64,000 nt of DNA from Akkermansiaceae bacterium (GTDB lineage Bacteria > Verrucomicrobiota > Verrucomicrobiia > Verrucomicrobiales > Akkermansiaceae), in contig JAQWZU010000056.1 in the NCBI GenBank assembly GCA_029253285.1, positions 12,425-76,424 on the forward strand. The letters are read 5' to 3'. The notes below the pieces were generated by a model, which saw only the letters and a list, made by a program, of their open reading frames with translations, was not told the origin of the DNA and searched no databases. Shown in pieces: positions 60,045 to 64,000 of this stretch. Position 1 is the stretch's first letter; every line of letters starts with the position of its first letter. A program made the position numbers and the translations under genes.

Positions 60045-61955
60045 CTATTTGGTGAGATCGGCAAGTTCTTCATCGATCGGCTCGGTCGGAGCGATATTCA
60101 TTTGTTCAATGACGCGTTTTGCGACCTTGGAAAAAACAGGCGCCGCAACCGTGCCGCCGCCAATTCGAAAATCTTCCTCCACATCCATCGGCGCTTTCGG
60201 CTCATCGATGGTCACAATGCAGACGAACTTCGGATCTTGAACAGGAGCAATACCCGCGAAGGTCAGGAACTTTTTATCCCTGTCGTAAAATTTATTCACG
60301 TTATCCCACTTCCAGGCCGTTCCGGTTTTTCCCCCGACCCGATGCCCGGGAACTGCGGCATTCTTTCCGGTTCCATCAAGAACAACCCGCTCCAGGGAAA
60401 GGCACATCCCCTTCGATGTTCGCTCCTTCATTACCCGACGAATTTTAGTCACCGGAGTTTGCTCCACCACGATTCCGTTGTTCGCGATCACCGAGTCCAC
60501 CAAACGTGGCTTCATGAGGTATCCTCCGTTTGCAACCGCCGAATATGCCATCGCCAACTGAATCGGGGAAACACTCACGCCATATCCAAAGGTCGCTTGT
60601 GCGAAATTCTGCATATTCGACGAATCGGTATGACTTCCCCGGGCCTCCCAGCCCACCGGGATTCCCGTGCGCTGACAGAACCCATAATTTTTCAAGTAGT
60701 CATAAAAAACATCGCGCCCGGCAATTTCTGCAAAGCAAAATACCCCGGGGTTACTCGACTTCATCATGACCTTGTCAAATGAAAGATCTCCATAGGCATG
60801 ATGATCGTTGATTTTCACCCTCCCCCGGGTGATGTGCCCCCAACCACAATAAACTTCGGTGTTTCGATTCACGAGGCCCGAGTCCAAAGCTGCCGTCATC
60901 GCAACGAGCTTCATTACCGAACCGGCTTCATAGCTGCCTTCAACGGGAAAATTCATACTCGCACCGTTCTTGGAAAAGTTTCTACGATCGTTCAGGTCGT
61001 AGTAAGGACGACTTGCCATCGCTAGAATATCTCCCGTACGAGGGTCGGTAACAATGATCGAACCACGGTCCGAATTGTATTTCTTTAAGGCCTCTTCCAG
61101 CTCAACCTCAACGATGGCTTGAAGCCCCATATCGAGGGTGAGACGTATGTGTTTTCCCAGCTTCGGTGGGCGCACTGCCGATGACTCAGTCAGCATCACG
61201 AGTCCATTTGCATCTCGTTTGAGTTGGCGCTCGCCATCTCGACCAGAAAGAAGTTCGTTGTGAGACTTTTCGATACCGGCCCTGCCAATGCCTTCGTAAT
61301 CCACAAAGCCTACAAGGTGCGGCGCCAAGGTAGACATGGTATAGTGGCGCTTCTGTGACCGCTCGAATGAAAACCCCTGAATGCTACGAAGCTGCAGTTC
61401 GTCCTCGAGCTCGCGAACCAAATCCTCGGGAATATCTTTCTTCACAGCGAACCAATCTTTATTCGCATTATGAACCAGGACATTATTCCGAAGCTTGGCT
61501 GAAGAAATTCGTAATTCCCGCCCGATCACTTCGGAGGCATACTCGAGGTGTTCCGCGATCACCTCTTCACGGCTCATTTTTGATACTCTCTCCTGCTTGA
61601 TCTTCCGGAGCAATTTGCCGCGCTCTTCATCAGTCAGCTTTTTCCACCCCAAGGTCTGACTGGCAAAACGATGCGTCACCGCCTTGGTCAAGTTGTCGCT
61701 GTGGTTTAGATGATTACGATCTACAACGAGAGCAGCGACGGGGAAATTTTGAGCCAGGACATGATCATGACGATCCACGATCCGTCCGCGACTAGCTGGA
61801 ATCACCTTCCAATCTTCAAAACGGGAAACCTGCGCTTTGTCTGACATTCTCCGATCCCAAACCTGAAGCGTAATCAGCCTGACCGAGAGCGCACTGAGCC
61901 CGGTCACCAGGACCAGGCACACAATAAACGCTCTGATTTTTACGGCGATATCCAT
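60045..61955 (-). CDS. ftsI: penicillin-binding protein 3-type transpeptidase (FtsI)
   Basis: 636 aa with an N-terminal TM anchor and the transpeptidase motifs SVMK (SxxK), SSN (SxN) and KTGT (KTG). Confidence 0.92.
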   Translation of the reverse strand: MDIAVKIRAFIVCLVLVTGLSALSVRLITLQVWDRRMSDKAQVSRFEDWKVIPASRGRIVDRHDHVLAQNFPVAALVVDRNHLNHSDNLTKAVTHRFASQTLGWKKLTDEERGKLLRKIKQERVSKMSREEVIAEHLEYASEVIGRELRISSAKLRNNVLVHNANKDWFAVKKDIPEDLVRELEDELQLRSIQGFSFERSQKRHYTMSTLAPHLVGFVDYEGIGRAGIEKSHNELLSGRDGERQLKRDANGLVMLTESSAVRPPKLGKHIRLTLDMGLQAIVEVELEEALKKYNSDRGSIIVTDPRTGDILAMASRPYYDLNDRRNFSKNGASMNFPVEGSYEAGSVMKLVAMTAALDSGLVNRNTEVYCGWGHITRGRVKINDHHAYGDLSFDKVMMKSSNPGVFCFAEIAGRDVFYDYLKNYGFCQRTGIPVGWEARGSHTDSSNMQNFAQATFGYGVSVSPIQLAMAYSAVANGGYLMKPRLVDSVIANNGIVVEQTPVTKIRRVMKERTSKGMCLSLERVVLDGTGKNAAVPGHRVGGKTGTAWKWDNVNKFYDRDKKFLTFAGIAPVQDPKFVCIVTIDEPKAPMDVEEDFRIGGGTVAAPVFSKVAKRVIEQMNIAPTEPIDEELADLTK

Positions 61956-61960
61956 AGTTG

Positions 61961-62305
61961 CTAACGACTCACTACCGCGTCGCCAGGTGGGGTTTCTTGA
62001 TCATGCGGATTGATGAATTCAACAACGCCGGTTCCTATTGGAACCAGATCGGATTGCCGGTCAGTCAATTCAGCCCGAAGATTATACACTCCGAGGATGC
62101 GGCTGATGTCTGACTGATAAAAGGTGATCGCCACACGATGCTCTTCCATGCGCTGCTGAACCTTAGTGATATTGCGCCGGGCTGTGACTTGCTTGTTCTT
62201 CAACACAACATAGCCAATTCCTCCAGTCGCCACAATGGCTCCCGCAACAAACAAAAGGATCAACATTGGGAGTCCGATATTAGAGGCCTTCTTTTTCCGG
62301 TTCAT
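61961..62305 (-). CDS. ftsL: cell division protein FtsL-like (bitopic)
   Basis: 114 aa with a short basic N-terminus, one TM helix and a coiled-coil-like segment. It occupies the canonical slot between rsmH and ftsI. Confidence 0.7.
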   Translation of the reverse strand: MNRKKKASNIGLPMLILLFVAGAIVATGGIGYVVLKNKQVTARRNITKVQQRMEEHRVAITFYQSDISRILGVYNLRAELTDRQSDLVPIGTGVVEFINPHDQETPPGDAVVSR

Positions 62306-63375
62306 GACAATGTGGTGGGTAAGATTTTTTCAACAACCCGCAAACGTGAGCTGCGGGAGCGTGGGTTACGTTTAATTTCGGCTCCGTCGGGAGCCACTCC
62401 CTTGCGGGTGATCAGGCGATAACGAAGATCGGGATTGGGACGAGCAGCCGGCCACTCGGGCCGGTCGATCTCTTCCCTGGAAGCATGACGGAAGGTCTGC
62501 TTCACGATACGATCTTCAAGGCTGTGGAAAGTGATGATGGCCAAACGTCCGCCCGGCTTGAGCAGATCGGCAGCGGAATCAAGGAAGCGACGAAGCTCCC
62601 CGAGTTCGTCATTCACCGTCATGCGCAGGGCCTGAAAGACCTTGGTAGCAGGATGAGTGCGGCCGCGACGACCGAGAAGCTTTTCAATACCATCCGCCAA
62701 TTGCAGAGTCGTTTCAAAAGGAGTTTTGCTGCGTTCCTGAATGATCCAAGCTGCGATCTTGCGCGATGCCTTCTCCTCCCCGAGCTCGAAGAAGATTTTC
62801 ACCAGGTCAGGCTCGCTCCATTCGTTCACCAAATCAGCGGCAGTCACCTCACTCTCTCCCATCCTCATGTCCAGCGGGCCATCGAAGCGAAAAGAAAAGC
62901 CACGCTGCGCTTCGTCCAACTGAAACGACGAGACCCCGAGATCGAGAAGAATGCCATCGAGCTGCCCCCACTTCCCGTCTTCGGAAAGACGCGACATTTC
63001 GCTGAAACGTCCTGCCACCGCCTCGAAACGATCACCAAAGCGAGAAAGGCGTTCGGAGGCATATTTGCGGGCGTCGGCATCACGGTCGACACCTTTGACG
63101 CAGCTGCCCTTTTCAAGAAGAGCCTCGGTATGCCCTCCCCCTCCAAGTGTTCCGTCGGCAAAAAGCTTCCCTTCGGCGGGAGCGAGATACTCCACGACCT
63201 TATTGAGCAAAATAGATTCATGATAGAAGGGCATCCCGCCCTCCAGCGGGATGCCCTCCATCAAGAGAGTTGAATGCCCCACTTCCGGCTCCCCCAAGGT
63301 AGGCAGGGGCCAAGTGTTGAAGCTGCGAGGCCACCAAAAGTCAGGAAGCGCCGGAACATGCAGGGTATTCAACAT
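62302..63375 (-). CDS. rsmH: 16S rRNA (cytosine1402-N4)-methyltransferase
   Basis: It carries HESILLNKVVEYL, DGTLGGGGHTEALL, GILLDLGVSSFQLD and ITFHSLEDRIVK. The start is uncertain: the ATG at 63375 adds about 47 atypical residues, while the ATG at 63234 (MPFYHESI) gives a canonical N-terminus. Its stop overlaps the ftsL ATG. Confidence 0.92.
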   Translation of the reverse strand: MLNTLHVPALPDFWWPRSFNTWPLPTLGEPEVGHSTLLMEGIPLEGGMPFYHESILLNKVVEYLAPAEGKLFADGTLGGGGHTEALLEKGSCVKGVDRDADARKYASERLSRFGDRFEAVAGRFSEMSRLSEDGKWGQLDGILLDLGVSSFQLDEAQRGFSFRFDGPLDMRMGESEVTAADLVNEWSEPDLVKIFFELGEEKASRKIAAWIIQERSKTPFETTLQLADGIEKLLGRRGRTHPATKVFQALRMTVNDELGELRRFLDSAADLLKPGGRLAIITFHSLEDRIVKQTFRHASREEIDRPEWPAARPNPDLRYRLITRKGVAPDGAEIKRNPRSRSSRLRVVEKILPTTLS

Positions 63376-63385
63376 CAAATTCAGG

Positions 63386-63856
63386 TTAGGAAAGGTTCAG
63401 GACGTCGTTGATCATGGAGTTCTCCTCCCGCTCTTTGGCTTCTGCAGTCTCAAGTGTCGTGGCGTTCTCAGGAGTAAAGATTTCAAACGAGTCGCCACGC
63501 CCAATCAGGGTAACAGTGCCGGGCAAAGTCATGCCATGGGCCTCCGCAAGGGCTTTGGGGATGGTCAATTTGCCCTGGGCGCTGACATTTCCCTCAACCG
63601 TGGCTCCAAAAAGCATGTTTTTCGCCTGATCCCTCAAGCGAGGTGTCGAATCAGGCAATCCCTCGATATCTTCCAGCTTTTTCGCGAAGGCTCCCTGAGT
63701 CAGAGCTCGCAGCCCCGGAACCCCAAACACCTTAACCTTAACGAGGTAGAAGCTTTCCTGAGCAGGTGGACGCCAGTCTACCGGAAGGGAAATCCTACCC
63801 TTGGTATCCAGTTGCCGATCCAAGGGACCGAAGCGAAAATGGCGGAAAATTGACAT
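63386..63856 (-). CDS. mraZ: division/cell wall cluster transcriptional regulator MraZ
   Basis: 156 aa with two SpoVT/AbrB-like halves (LDTKGRISLPVDWR and SAQGKLTIPKALAE). It is the first gene of the dcw cluster. Confidence 0.9.
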   Translation of the reverse strand: MSIFRHFRFGPLDRQLDTKGRISLPVDWRPPAQESFYLVKVKVFGVPGLRALTQGAFAKKLEDIEGLPDSTPRLRDQAKNMLFGATVEGNVSAQGKLTIPKALAEAHGMTLPGTVTLIGRGDSFEIFTPENATTLETAEAKEREENSMINDVLNLS

Positions 63857-63877
63857 AAAGCGAACTCAGCAGTGCTG

Positions 63878-63907
63878 AAAACGCCACGAAAGTGCACAGA
63901 ACGCCAC
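63878..63907 (-). promoter_or_regulatory. three 10-bp-phased direct repeats (GTGGCGTTCT GTGCACTTTC GTGGCGTTTT); candidate MraZ operator
   Basis: Read on the mraZ sense strand, the repeats end 21 nt upstream of the mraZ ATG. Their GTGG-type cores and 10-bp period resemble described MraZ boxes. Confidence 0.4.
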
Positions 63908-64000
63908 CAGAAAGCAACTCGAAAAGGCAAAATATACAGATCCCCAAACTGCCTCTCTCTGATTGGATTACCTCGGGAGACAGTTACTCTGGATTACTTT

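Overview
The window reads as chromosomal DNA from a moderately GC-rich bacterium. I infer PVC superphylum, most likely Verrucomicrobiota (Opitutae-like), from synteny (tRNA-Thr, tuf, tRNA-Trp, secE, nusG, rplKAJL, rpoBC) and domain repertoire (DUF1080, ThuA, sulfatase, PQQ-like propellers, a PEP-CTERM motif, a MurC-MurB fusion). I cannot verify the taxon without a search.

Layout:
- 1-13 kb: transcription/translation core cluster, minus strand. rpoC is open at the window edge, so it is missing from the ORF track.
- 13-23 kb: housekeeping and envelope genes (YmdB-like phosphoesterase, amidase, SDR, transglutaminase-like membrane protein, recQ, thioredoxin-fold protein, di-haem peroxidase).
- 23-26.5 kb: the distal part of a dcw cluster (murG and a fused murC-murB).
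- 26.5-52.6 kb: a mixed block. It holds argD, a deaminase, a ThuA-ThuA-DUF1080 protein, a DUF1080-sulfatase-HEAT protein, a five-gene Opp/Dpp-type ABC importer, an SGNH hydrolase, rsgA, a rhomboid, mazG, an AKR, an SDR, holA, two PQQ-like propeller proteins and an AT-richer lipoprotein gene.
- 52.6-63.9 kb: the proximal part of the dcw cluster (mraZ-rsmH-ftsL-ftsI-murE-murF-mraY-murD-LysM gene-ftsW).

Features the ORF track hides:
- A 70-codon SelW/Rdx-like gene with an in-frame TGA in a CxxU motif and a downstream hairpin (candidate selenoprotein).
- An SRP (4.5S) RNA.
- tRNA-Trp and tRNA-Thr.
- An orphan intrinsic terminator in a divergent intergenic region (candidate sRNA or leader).
- Three 10-bp-phased GTGG-type repeats upstream of mraZ.

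The ORF track uses alternative start codons, so several ORFs are over-extended at the 5' end (tuf, rsgA, oppD/F-like, argD, the LysM gene, the sulfatase, the rhomboid). I re-set those starts to in-frame ATGs that give canonical N-termini.

I found no CRISPR array, transposase, integrase or recognisable defence system. Most long ORFs lying antisense to conserved genes are shadow ORFs.
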